From a virus (taxonomy: Duplodnaviria; Caudoviricetes): a stretch of DNA of 63,863 nt. Both the position numbers and the translations under genes were made by a program. The stretch lies in the IMG/VR virus record IMGVR_UViG_3300033481_000001, positions 1 through 63,863 of that record, one strand, 5' to 3'. Position 1 is the stretch's first letter; each line of letters starts with the position of its first letter. Positions 28,237 through 37,769 of the stretch are shown here, piece after piece. A model generated the notes under the pieces. That model was given only the letters and a program-made list of their open reading frames with translations, made no database searches and was not told where the DNA came from.

Positions 28237-30456
28237 CTACTGTTTCTTTAGCGCTTGGATGCGCAGATGCGTTACTACGATGCCGGCCCGCGCGGTCGTG
28301 CTTTGGTTGGCCGTTGCGTACCAGATCGTGGGGTAGAAATCCGTGGCGGCGATGCCGCCAGAAAGGCCCGATTCGTCTGCGCTGGTCGAACCAGCATAGG
28401 TGAGACCGCTCGTCGCAGGCCACCCGCTGGACCAGCTGCCATAGTAGTTCTCGACGTGGCGGCTTCGGACGTGGAAGACGGAGACATCGGTCCACGCGCC
28501 GCCGGCACCGCCGGTCTGCCAGTTCTTGGCCGTCGCATCCGCCGTGTTCGGAGCCGTGTTCATCTGACGATGCTGGCAGTAGTTGCTGGTGCAACTGCTC
28601 GTGTAGATGAACTGCTGGCGTATGCGGAATCCGAGCGTCGAGACTCCGCCGTAGTCGTTGGCATTGAAGGAGAACCCGACGATCGCCCGCTCGTTCTCCG
28701 CCGCGAACGTGGCAGCCGGATAGGCGCGCACCCAGATCATCATCTCGTAGGCGTTCGACGCTGGCGCCATTGCCACGAGGCCATACCCACCGCCATAGTT
28801 GGTGTCTAACGCGCAGCCGACGAGCGGAGCCGTCAGGGTGTTACCCGAGTCGTTGACATTGGTCGTGTTCGTCGTGATGACTAGCCCTGTCCCGTTCTGG
28901 ATCGCGAATGTCGTAGCGTTCGCAGCGTTGCTGACGTAGCAATACTTGCTGTCTAGCGACCATGCACCGTTGGATGCCGAGGAGTTGTCCAGGGCCGTGT
29001 AGTCGACCTCGTATAGCGTGGTCCAAAGCTGGGTCGTGGCCGTGTCGGCGAGCGTGGCAGTAGCCGCTGAGCCAGCGGTCGTCACGTGCAGGACTGGCCC
29101 ATCCGCTAGGTTGACAGACGTCGCCGTGGCCGTGGCCGTGCCGGTCGTGAAGTTGCCGTTTGCCGGGTCAACGGCAATGGTCCCTGTCGGCGTCCGGGAG
29201 TCGCTGAGGCGCGGGTCTGCCGCATTGACGATCTTGCTTGAGGACGTGCTGGTGTCTGTCCCCGTTCCCTCGACTGCCGTCCAAGGCACGTAGCTGCTGG
29301 ACAGCGATCCAATAGTCAGCGGGGTGTGGACGTGCGAATAGTGGGCCGTCCCGTTGTGGGTAAAATAGAGCGTCCTGGAAGCCGCTGAATCCGTCTTGGC
29401 GAAGTACTTGACCACTAGCCTATCTGTCGAGTTTACGATGAATGCCGATTGGGTAACCGACAGCTGCTGGGCAGTCACAGTAGTATCGTCGATGTCGCCC
29501 GTGGTAGTGTTGAAAAGCTCAGTCTCCGATCCACCGGATGTCCGCTTGTACACGCGCACCACGATCTCGTTGACGCCTGCCGTGCTGCTGGCGTACCGCC
29601 AGAGATCGAAGTACCAGTCCCCCTCGGCCCAGTAGGTGGTGCCAGGGTAGCCGGGCAGCGTGATGTAGCCTTCGATGAGAACCTCACCGTCCCCTACCAC
29701 GACGCTCTTTGAGTCGATCTGCTCAACTACTCCCGTGTCTGGAATCTGCAGGAGTCTGTTGTATCCTGAGCCGCCGCTGTCCACGCCATCGTCTAGATAC
29801 AGATTCCCGCTTCCGACGGTGAGCGAGTCCAGCTTCGCCTTATCGTCAACGGACATCAGCCCATGGGTGCCGGTGACGGCGTCTGCGATCTGGTCTCCGC
29901 CCGTGTAGTGGGAAGCCGCGTGGCTCGCTAGCCAGTCGGTGCCGATCTTTGAGTCCGTCCCGGCGCACGGGATGGCACCAGATGCTGCGGCGGTGGTGCA
30001 TAGGTCGGTCTGGGTCAGCGTCCAGGATCCAGAAATGGCGTGGGTCTTCGTCCCACCAGGCATCACGGTAGTGTCCAGGTGCGTGTGCGTGTTGGCCGAG
30101 TAGGCGGTAAGCGTCGGGAGCCAGCCCGTGTCGATCTTGCCGTCCGTACCAGCGCATGGGATGAGCCCGCCACCGCTCGACGTTGCACATAGATGCGTCT
30201 GCGTGAGCGTGTTGGTGTCGGTCGAGACCCATGTCAGGGTGCCGCCTGGGGTGACGAGCGTTAGGGTAGCTACGCCGGTGGAGGTCGAAGTCGCCGTGCT
30301 GGTCGGGATGAGATTCGAGCTGATCTTTCCAGACGGACAGGATACGCGCACCACCTCTGGAATGCAGGCCGCCGCGATCGCGTCTCGCGCCATGAGCGCA
30401 ACCAGCGCAACGAGCACAAGCAGTGCAATCAAAACCAAGATCCTGAGAGATCTCAT
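28237..30456 (-). CDS. Tail fibre-like protein with signal peptide
   Basis: GLMSVDDKAKLD and DPRLSDSRTP fibre motifs; Thr-rich; hydrophobic N-terminus ending AIA. Confidence 0.75.
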   Translation of the reverse strand: MRSLRILVLIALLVLVALVALMARDAIAAACIPEVVRVSCPSGKISSNLIPTSTATSTSTGVATLTLVTPGGTLTWVSTDTNTLTQTHLCATSSGGGLIPCAGTDGKIDTGWLPTLTAYSANTHTHLDTTVMPGGTKTHAISGSWTLTQTDLCTTAAASGAIPCAGTDSKIGTDWLASHAASHYTGGDQIADAVTGTHGLMSVDDKAKLDSLTVGSGNLYLDDGVDSGGSGYNRLLQIPDTGVVEQIDSKSVVVGDGEVLIEGYITLPGYPGTTYWAEGDWYFDLWRYASSTAGVNEIVVRVYKRTSGGSETELFNTTTGDIDDTTVTAQQLSVTQSAFIVNSTDRLVVKYFAKTDSAASRTLYFTHNGTAHYSHVHTPLTIGSLSSSYVPWTAVEGTGTDTSTSSSKIVNAADPRLSDSRTPTGTIAVDPANGNFTTGTATATATSVNLADGPVLHVTTAGSAATATLADTATTQLWTTLYEVDYTALDNSSASNGAWSLDSKYCYVSNAANATTFAIQNGTGLVITTNTTNVNDSGNTLTAPLVGCALDTNYGGGYGLVAMAPASNAYEMMIWVRAYPAATFAAENERAIVGFSFNANDYGGVSTLGFRIRQQFIYTSSCTSNYCQHRQMNTAPNTADATAKNWQTGGAGGAWTDVSVFHVRSRHVENYYGSWSSGWPATSGLTYAGSTSADESGLSGGIAATDFYPTIWYATANQSTTARAGIVVTHLRIQALKKQ

Positions 30457-31934
30457 ACTACCGATCCTCCTGTGTAGCGGAAATATGGAGTCCCTCCGCT
30501 GTTGGCGATGTACTTCAACTGCAGCTCTTCGCCTGCTGGAATGGTGAACGAGTCGAGGTAGCTTCCCTCGCTGTATGGCCCGCGGATGGGGACCAGCCCG
30601 GTGGCGCCGAGCCCCGTCACTTCGGTTTCAGCTACGAACGTGATCGACATCGGCTCGCCGTCGGCAAATCCCGTGTTCTGGATGCCGACAAGCGGGCCTG
30701 CTCCAGTCGCGCGCAGGTTGCGATATGCCCCGAACCCGGTGATCTCACCGTCGGCAATTGCCACGTCTGTGAACCCGGCTCCGCCGGTCCCGATGGTTGT
30801 CTCATCAACGCCGAGGTAGTCGATGCGCATCCGGTGGACGGTGATAGGACCGACGTTGCCGTTGCCAGCGCAGGCGAAGTAGATCGTCGGGTAGAAGGCT
30901 GTCGAAATCATGCCGCCAGCCAAGTCGACGCCGGATTGCAGGATGCTCGAACCGGCGAACGTCAGAGCTGACCGAGCGGGGAATGCGCCGTCCACGCTGT
31001 CTCCAAAGTAGTTGTCGACTTGGTAACCAGGGCGAACGTGGAACACGAACACGTCATGTTGTGGCGACTCGTCGTGGTTCCACGAGTGCCAGGACTCGGT
31101 GCCGTTGTTTGGGCTCGTGTTGTGCTGCATGTGCTGCTCGAACGTGGCCGTGTTGTTGTAGCCGCTGAACTGCCGGCAACGCCAGTTAAGCAATGGGTAG
31201 ATGGCTCCCGTAACGGTTGCTGAGTACACGAACCCGACGATGATTCGATCGTAGCTTCCGCTCTGGAACGAGTCCCACGTTGCCCGCACCCAGATCCACA
31301 TGTCGAGCTGGCTGTACGAATCCGGGGCGAAGACGTCCGTGAGCCTGTCGATATATGCCGACAGCGCCGGGGCCGACAGCAGCGTTCCGGCGTCGTACGT
31401 CGCCTTGTTCGGCTGGAGTTGAATACCCTCACCAGCGGTGATCTGGGAGACTTGGGCGTTGTCATAGTTCATCAGGCCCCAAACCGATCCTGCACCGTCG
31501 CCAATGTCATACCAGCCGTCGTCGTCGAAGTCCATCGGGTCAAGCGCGGCGAAGTTGCATTCGTAGGCTGTCCGCCAAACTAGCCCGCTGCTGGTGACGC
31601 TCCCACCGCCAGTCGACGGCCACATGCGTGACCAGTCGTTTAGCCCATCGCCGTTTTTGATCCAGATGGCGACGGGGACCTCGGTTGTCGGAGTGAGCTG
31701 CCACGCGATCGACTGCATTGGGTACGGTGTCGAACCCGTGATGTAGTGCGGGTTCACCGTCGGGTCATCGTAGAAGTCCACCCAGTGCTGCTCGTAGTAC
31801 GGATCGAGAGCGTTGCAGATGGCCCGCCAAATCCGGTGCTTCCGCTCATCGAGCGTTCCGGTGGTGACGTCCAATGGCGGGCTGTTCAGCGCATCCGCTA
31901 CAGCGTCGCCTATCAGGTCACCACGATCGCTCAT
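30453..31934 (-). CDS. Tail fibre/receptor-binding protein
   Basis: Follows baseplate genes; shares a domain with 28237-30456. Confidence 0.7.
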   Translation of the reverse strand: MSDRGDLIGDAVADALNSPPLDVTTGTLDERKHRIWRAICNALDPYYEQHWVDFYDDPTVNPHYITGSTPYPMQSIAWQLTPTTEVPVAIWIKNGDGLNDWSRMWPSTGGGSVTSSGLVWRTAYECNFAALDPMDFDDDGWYDIGDGAGSVWGLMNYDNAQVSQITAGEGIQLQPNKATYDAGTLLSAPALSAYIDRLTDVFAPDSYSQLDMWIWVRATWDSFQSGSYDRIIVGFVYSATVTGAIYPLLNWRCRQFSGYNNTATFEQHMQHNTSPNNGTESWHSWNHDESPQHDVFVFHVRPGYQVDNYFGDSVDGAFPARSALTFAGSSILQSGVDLAGGMISTAFYPTIYFACAGNGNVGPITVHRMRIDYLGVDETTIGTGGAGFTDVAIADGEITGFGAYRNLRATGAGPLVGIQNTGFADGEPMSITFVAETEVTGLGATGLVPIRGPYSEGSYLDSFTIPAGEELQLKYIANSGGTPYFRYTGGSVV

Positions 31935-31936
31935 CC

Positions 31937-32605
31937 CTAAATTCCGATGATGGTCACGTGCGCCGCGCCGTAGTCGTCGACGCTTTCAGCGAAGGTTAGC
32001 TCGATGACGTTGGCACTGACGATGCGTCCTGTGAGACTTGGCGACAGGCCTGCACCTCCGACGGTGGTAGAGAGCGCCTGCATGTGTTGAGCGGTTGTCA
32101 CGAACGCAGTAGCACCTGCTAGCGTCACCTGCACATCGCCGGCAGATGAGATATCGACCCCGGACAGCACGAAATGCACGTGTTTTTTCCCGCCGACGTA
32201 TTCGACGGTAGCGGCGCCGATCGTTCCTCGCCCAGGGGTAATGCTACCGGCAGGCGTATCGGCTCCTTCGCCGCCCCACTGCTGCCAGTAGGAAGCGTTC
32301 GACGGGGCGATACCCGTGCTGTTGTTGGCGCCAATGCGTCGGTATACGAGAGCGTCAGTCCACTGCACCGTATCGCCAAGTCGGTAGGTCTCGGTGGCGT
32401 CGTAGTCAGGAATCCCGCGCGCGATGAGGTAGCTGGCGATGGCATCGCATTTGTTCAAGATCCAATTCATCCACGAGAACGGCGGGCAGGCACTCGCGGC
32501 CGTCCATCCGTTTAGCTTGACGGCTCCGGGATCTTCGATTCCCGTAGGCCCTGCTGGAGCGGTTGACGCCCAGACGGCCGAGATTGCTGGTTTGAGGCTA
32601 CTCAT
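31937..32605 (-). CDS. Tail fibre (baseplate-proximal)
   Basis: GW...PPFSWMNWILN...RGIPDYDATETY N-terminal fibre motif. Confidence 0.8.
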   Translation of the reverse strand: MSSLKPAISAVWASTAPAGPTGIEDPGAVKLNGWTAASACPPFSWMNWILNKCDAIASYLIARGIPDYDATETYRLGDTVQWTDALVYRRIGANNSTGIAPSNASYWQQWGGEGADTPAGSITPGRGTIGAATVEYVGGKKHVHFVLSGVDISSAGDVQVTLAGATAFVTTAQHMQALSTTVGGAGLSPSLTGRIVSANVIELTFAESVDDYGAAHVTIIGI

Positions 32606-32606
32606 G

Positions 32607-33332
32607 TCAAAAACTCCTGGCCCAGTGGCCGGTTGTGGATGCTGGGTCTTCGTTGAACCCGAGTCCGCCCGTCACGAGCGCAACGCCAGGGTCATCCGAT
32701 GAGCTGAAGCAAAAGCTTCCCGTGTCGAACCAGTACGTCGCGAGCAGGACGCCATCCGGGCGAGGTAGCAAGGCTCCCTTGATCATCGAGATGCCGCCGG
32801 TGATGGCGAATGCACCCTCTTCCCACGAGTACATCGCTCGACCGATCGCGATCAATACAGTCATCGGCTGGACTTCGCTGATGATGATGAGTGGGTCTGC
32901 CGGAGGCACCGTCACGAGGTCAGGCATCACGAGCTGGATCGCGTACAGAAGTTGCGGGATGGTCCCGCCCTTCACGGTGTTGCGATAGATCTTCGCACGA
33001 ATCAAGCGGATGAACTGCGCATCGGCCAAGTCGATGGAAGATCCATCGGCAGCAGGCACCTTGTTCGTCATCCCGACGAGACGCCCGATGCCGAGGAGCT
33101 GCGCACCGGTGGCCCCCGAAGTGTTCGGCGTGTTCGCTGAGCAGTCGTCGTCGATGTTGTAGAAACGTGCGATCTTCTGAAACATCAACTCCATGTCGTT
33201 GGCGAGGTCGTAGATTCCCGTCAGAAGCGCGATGAACTTCGGGCTGTTGACGTACTGGCCGATCAGACGCCCAAGCCCCTGCGTGGCCGTGTCCGCAACC
33301 GTGCCGATGTAGTCGATCGTCGTGGACGTCAT
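32607..33332 (-). CDS. Baseplate wedge protein (DUF2612-like)
   Basis: QYVNSPKF, ATGAQLLGIGRLVG, LIRAKI. Confidence 0.8.
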   Translation of the reverse strand: MTSTTIDYIGTVADTATQGLGRLIGQYVNSPKFIALLTGIYDLANDMELMFQKIARFYNIDDDCSANTPNTSGATGAQLLGIGRLVGMTNKVPAADGSSIDLADAQFIRLIRAKIYRNTVKGGTIPQLLYAIQLVMPDLVTVPPADPLIIISEVQPMTVLIAIGRAMYSWEEGAFAITGGISMIKGALLPRPDGVLLATYWFDTGSFCFSSSDDPGVALVTGGLGFNEDPASTTGHWARSF

Positions 33333-33333
33333 G

Positions 33334-34611
33334 TTATCCAGTCACCGCTATGGTGATGTCCGTGATGTTGGCATAGGTCGCGAACGGGATAGGCAGGCTT
33401 GCGGGCGAAACGGTCCAGTTCGAGCCTGCGTCAGCGCTGAATTCGAGCCAGACAAGGTCGAACCCTGGCACTGTGTTGATGAACGAAGCGACAACGTCAG
33501 TCCAAGAAAGGGTCCCGTTATCGTCGCCACCGATCGCGATGTTCGGTTTCCCTGTGTCCGCGTTGGTGCCAGCCGCCCATGCCGTGATCGCCGCCTCGAT
33601 CTGGTCCGCACCGTCGGCAGGCCAGTTGTAGCGCCTGGCCACGTTGATCCGAATCATCACGTCGGTGGCCGTGGCGAGGTCGTAGTTGATCGTGTGGGAG
33701 ATTCCAACCGAGTCAACTGGGTACTTCGTCGTGGTCCCGACGGTGCCGCAGCCGTTGCCCTTCAGAGTGAAAATCATGTTGGCAACCGGATCGTCGTCGT
33801 CTCCGGTTTCGGCTGGGTCGGCTGCTCCGCCTGGGGTCACCTTGAGGATCGCTCGAATGCTGTTGGCAGCGATGACGCCAGGGGAAGAGACGGCTTGCGG
33901 TAGGTTGTTCTCGTAGACGACGCAGTCGAGCACTCCGGTGAGCGCCTTGAGCGCAGCCTGCATGCCATCGGTCATGCCCTGCGATGCGATGGCGACGCTC
34001 TGCTGCCGCCTGATACGCCCGTTGGGGTCTCCCTCGACTAGGTAACCAGACACGCCCACCGCGTTCGTGACGGCCGTCCAGCCATCGTCTGGTGTCGTGA
34101 TCGGCGTGATGATCTCGGTGAGGGTAGCCGCTGGCACCGTCCCGCTTGCGGCTGGCCCGATGGTCTGGCAGCGGAGCGTTCCCGTAGCCGTCCCGGTGCC
34201 GCCGATCGTGATTTCCGCGATGGGCGACCACAGAGTAGCATCGAGCGTTGAGCGCACCACCGAGGTGATCGGGATGACAGTGCCATTCGAGCCGGTGAAC
34301 GTGGCGGGCGCTGAGCTGTAGCTCGCTGGGTTGCGAGAGATGCCGGTTAGGTACATCAGCGCTGACAGCATCGCACCGGTAGCTGCGTTGGGGTTTGCGA
34401 TTCCCTGATATGTGTCGTATGCGATCGCGTTCAGGTCGTCGAACATCTCGGCGATCCCGCCGATCATCTGGCCATCCGGGCTGCGAGGGTCGATGTCGAT
34501 GTCCGAGCCGAACACCGATTGCCAAAGCGTGTTGAGCTCCGCGATGATGGAAGTCATGGGCGCGCGCGTGAACCCAGCCGACGCGATCTGGCTGCTGAAT
34601 AGGGTGCTCAT
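33334..34611 (-). CDS. Baseplate J-like protein
   Basis: SPDGQMIG, NPNAATGAML, VYEN. Confidence 0.88.
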   Translation of the reverse strand: MSTLFSSQIASAGFTRAPMTSIIAELNTLWQSVFGSDIDIDPRSPDGQMIGGIAEMFDDLNAIAYDTYQGIANPNAATGAMLSALMYLTGISRNPASYSSAPATFTGSNGTVIPITSVVRSTLDATLWSPIAEITIGGTGTATGTLRCQTIGPAASGTVPAATLTEIITPITTPDDGWTAVTNAVGVSGYLVEGDPNGRIRRQQSVAIASQGMTDGMQAALKALTGVLDCVVYENNLPQAVSSPGVIAANSIRAILKVTPGGAADPAETGDDDDPVANMIFTLKGNGCGTVGTTTKYPVDSVGISHTINYDLATATDVMIRINVARRYNWPADGADQIEAAITAWAAGTNADTGKPNIAIGGDDNGTLSWTDVVASFINTVPGFDLVWLEFSADAGSNWTVSPASLPIPFATYANITDITIAVTG

Positions 34612-35000
34612 CAGATGATCCCTTCCGAAATGGTGAAGGTGGTTCCGGTGTCAAGCCTGCCCTTGACGGTGCAAGTGGCTGCGCGCGTGGTGTGATTGAA
34701 ACTGATCGTGAAGGACGTCAGCGAGTGCACGCCGTCGACGCGCAGGATGGCCGCCTTGACCATGGCCTCGGCGTAGGGCAGATCGGCCGGCATCGGGCCG
34801 AGGATGGGCTTCTCGCCGGTGTTGGAGTTGCGCACCCAGGGGACGCCTTTGGTGGCGTCGAGGAACCACTCGCCAAGCTGAAAGCGAAGCTCACAGCGAA
34901 TCGTCTGCACGGTGGCATCGTCTCCGGTGAGGAAGTCGGCCATGCCGTGCCCCCCGGTGATGTCGTCGTCAGCGTCGAGTCGTCTGCAGATGAGAGCCAT
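34611..35000 (-). CDS. Baseplate wedge/sheath initiator
   Basis: LGEWFLDATKGVPW. Confidence 0.8.
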   Translation of the reverse strand: MALICRRLDADDDITGGHGMADFLTGDDATVQTIRCELRFQLGEWFLDATKGVPWVRNSNTGEKPILGPMPADLPYAEAMVKAAILRVDGVHSLTSFTISFNHTTRAATCTVKGRLDTGTTFTISEGII

Positions 35001-35758
35001 CAGAATTTTCCAGCATGCACGCTAGCGCTGCCGCAACCAAGGAATCCATGCGTCAGTCCGAGTATGGGGCATGCGTCAGCAGCGGTAACCACTCCAGTTG
35101 TCATCTGGACAGCCGCAGCCGCTCCACCGGGAACATTCAGCGTAACCTTGCCGGATGTGGCCATCACCTCGATGTTCCCTGTCTGAGACGTAGCCGTGAT
35201 GTCACCCGAAGCCGTAGCGGCGATGCTTCCCTCTTGGGAAGTCACCGCGATGTCGCCCGAGGTGTCAATCTTGACCACTGATTTGCCGTCCAGCGATCTC
35301 AACTCTACCGCATCGGTGGCTAGGTTTGCCACCACTTTCCCGAGGGAAGCGGCGCCAACCTGAGCAAACGCATCCGAGAGATCGTGCGTGCGGAACTCGG
35401 ACGGCGGCTGCGTCCCTCCCTTGGCGTGCCAGTTGTCGATCGCGCGTTCCGAGAAGTGCAGAAGGCACTCGTCGCCAACCGCGATCGGGAACGTCAGGAC
35501 GAACCCGCCCCCGCGTGGAAAGACCACCGGCACATCGAACAGCCTGGGCAACTCCTTGAATCCTTCGCCGCGGAAGAACCGCTGGATGCATGGCTGGACC
35601 GAGGCCGTCTGGTTGGCGGCGTCGAAACTTTTGATGATTCCAGGCATGGACGTATGGATTTCGTTCCGGCTGCTCTCGATGTGCGCGCGGATGCCGGCGT
35701 CATCGTCACCGGCTGCGGCTTCCTCGAACTGGCGGCGGGAAAGAAGGTCCATGGTCAT
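35000..35758 (-). CDS. Baseplate central spike (gp138-like)
   Basis: DVPVVFPRGGG, GDECLL, RTHDLSDA. Confidence 0.85.
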   Translation of the reverse strand: MTMDLLSRRQFEEAAAGDDDAGIRAHIESSRNEIHTSMPGIIKSFDAANQTASVQPCIQRFFRGEGFKELPRLFDVPVVFPRGGGFVLTFPIAVGDECLLHFSERAIDNWHAKGGTQPPSEFRTHDLSDAFAQVGAASLGKVVANLATDAVELRSLDGKSVVKIDTSGDIAVTSQEGSIAATASGDITATSQTGNIEVMATSGKVTLNVPGGAAAAVQMTTGVVTAADACPILGLTHGFLGCGSASVHAGKF

Positions 35759-35767
35759 GATGCATTC

Positions 35768-36781
35768 CTACAAGATATCGCCGTCTGGCGTGGTTGACTG
35801 AGGCAATCCCTTGATGCTCGGGATAGGAGAGTCGAGCGCGACGCACTTGATTTCGGACGTCCAGTCCTGCCCGCGCGTGTCTCCGACGATGTGGACAGCA
35901 TACACCTTGTAGATTCCGTCTGGGTCTGTCCGCACCGGGCGCTTCGGCCCATGCAGCTTGCGCTTCTGGCTTGTCAACTGCGCCTTGAGGTGCTTCATTT
36001 TCACCTCGTTGTTGAGAAGCCATAGCTTCGAGCCCGGGATGATGCGCGGGTCAAACATCACCTTCATGCCGATGCCCTTGTCGTTCACCTCTGGCGCACC
36101 GAGAAGCCCCGTTTCCGACGACACCATGAGCGCCTCGTTGGGCAGCGTGGAGTCGACGGGAACCATGATGAGTTTGCCGTCTTGGATGGACCACTCGGCG
36201 TCGTTGTTCTTTGCGACGCGATCGAAGAAGTCACGCGCGTTGCCCGAGAAGGTGCGGGCTCGTCCGTGCTTCTTGTTTATCGTCTTGCCAGAGACATGCC
36301 CGAGCGTCGTGGCCTGGAAGGTGGTCAACATCTTGCGGATGGCGTCCGCATCGCTGGCCCCGGCTGCCAAGGTGAAGTTGACGAGGGCTCCGTGGAAGTC
36401 CTTGTCACCGTCGCCGCATTCGAGCACCACGAGGCGATCGTTGCCGTCGCGGTATGCGTTGGCGTACTTGATGTTTCCCCTGAAAAACAGCCGCGTGTTT
36501 CCCTGGTAGCCACCCTGCAGGATGACGTCGTTGAACTCCTTCATCACCATCCGCTCGTGCTGCTCGTTCATGTTGTAGATGGTGATGCTGGCGACGTTCG
36601 GCGTTCTATACGACGTTTTTGTGATGTCGAACTTGATTCGCAGGCCTGCCTCTGCACCCACCTGCTGCTCAATGAGCAGGCCCGTAGACGGAGACACGTT
36701 GCCATCGCCGTTCTTGCCAATGAGCAACTGGCACGTGCGCAGCCACTTCGGTGACTGGGTGCCTGTCCAGGTGAGCGTCAT
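35768..36781 (-). CDS. Baseplate hub protein
   Basis: ITIYNM, WSIQDG, ETGLLGAP, GDTRGQDW. Confidence 0.82.
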   Translation of the reverse strand: MTLTWTGTQSPKWLRTCQLLIGKNGDGNVSPSTGLLIEQQVGAEAGLRIKFDITKTSYRTPNVASITIYNMNEQHERMVMKEFNDVILQGGYQGNTRLFFRGNIKYANAYRDGNDRLVVLECGDGDKDFHGALVNFTLAAGASDADAIRKMLTTFQATTLGHVSGKTINKKHGRARTFSGNARDFFDRVAKNNDAEWSIQDGKLIMVPVDSTLPNEALMVSSETGLLGAPEVNDKGIGMKVMFDPRIIPGSKLWLLNNEVKMKHLKAQLTSQKRKLHGPKRPVRTDPDGIYKVYAVHIVGDTRGQDWTSEIKCVALDSPIPSIKGLPQSTTPDGDIL

Positions 36782-37131
36782 ATGTACGACTCCCCGGGTG
36801 CAAGGAATACAACAACCACACGCACGCCGAAGTCGTCCGGGCCAGCGTCCACCGATTGCAGCAGCCTGCCCTCTGCCTCTTCGGCTGCCGTAGCCGTCAA
36901 GTCAACGGCGTACATCGAGCCGATGCCGAGTCCCCATGGCGCGAGCAGATCGCATCCGACGAGCACGGGAACCCCAGCGACGAGAACTTCCCCGGTATCG
37001 GCCAGCGACAGATCGAAGGACCACGTCAGGTTGCGCTCATTCCAGTTGGTGAGGAACTCGTATTCCACCCCGTCCAACATCGCGGTGAACTGCGTGTTCG
37101 GGTCTGATGTGAATGGTACGATCTGCATCAC
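36778..37131 (-). CDS. Small baseplate protein
   Basis: WNER...WSFDL...GVPVLVGCDLL. Confidence 0.75.
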   Translation of the reverse strand: MMQIVPFTSDPNTQFTAMLDGVEYEFLTNWNERNLTWSFDLSLADTGEVLVAGVPVLVGCDLLAPWGLGIGSMYAVDLTATAAEEAEGRLLQSVDAGPDDFGVRVVVVFLAPGESYI

Positions 37132-37769
37132 GCACCTACTCCGAACATGCTCGACAGCGTGGACTTGATCGCCTTCGTCTTGTTCGCGTCTGGCTCCTGT
37201 GCGTCCTTCTTTCCCGCGTCGTTCTTCGGCGCTGCCTGATGCTTCTTCGCCTTGTTCCCGCGCGGCGGGTAGATGACGGATGCCGTGGTGGCAAACTGGA
37301 CTTGCCGAAGTTGGAGCTTCGCGCGCAGCACGCCGGCCGTGTCCTTCGTTTGCTCGACGTCGCCAGACGCGATCATCATGTTGACGTACGTCTTGAGCCC
37401 GGTAACGACGTCAAACACGGCGAACGACTTCGCCTTCTCGACGATGTACGCCCAAGCGTTGACGCTGCGGCGAACGTTGCCCGAGCCTGCCCCCGTCCAC
37501 GTCGTGGCGAGCTGGTAGGCAGGCGTTCCCTCAGCGTCCATGAGGAGCGGCGTATCGCTGACGGTGACCTCCATCTGGAGGGTGTCAGGCTTGGCATACG
37601 CGTGATCGGCCATGCTGACGCCAGTCTCGACGGGGTTCTCCGTGATAGCGATCTCGATGTGATGGCTCTCCTTGATCACGGCATCGAACACCGCCACCTC
37701 GGCAAGCCCCGTCAGCTCGTCGGTGCCGAAGTTGAACGCGCGTTGGATGATTGCAGTCTGGGCCATCAC
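37128..37769 (-). CDS. Baseplate/tail tube initiator protein
   Basis: ESH...TENPVETG...DHA. Confidence 0.8.
   Translation of the reverse strand: MMAQTAIIQRAFNFGTDELTGLAEVAVFDAVIKESHHIEIAITENPVETGVSMADHAYAKPDTLQMEVTVSDTPLLMDAEGTPAYQLATTWTGAGSGNVRRSVNAWAYIVEKAKSFAVFDVVTGLKTYVNMMIASGDVEQTKDTAGVLRAKLQLRQVQFATTASVIYPPRGNKAKKHQAAPKNDAGKKDAQEPDANKTKAIKSTLSSMFGVGA

Noticed and set aside
28237-31934. Diversity-generating retroelement or invertible fibre cassette
   Set aside because: No reverse transcriptase or invertase; similarity is at protein level only.
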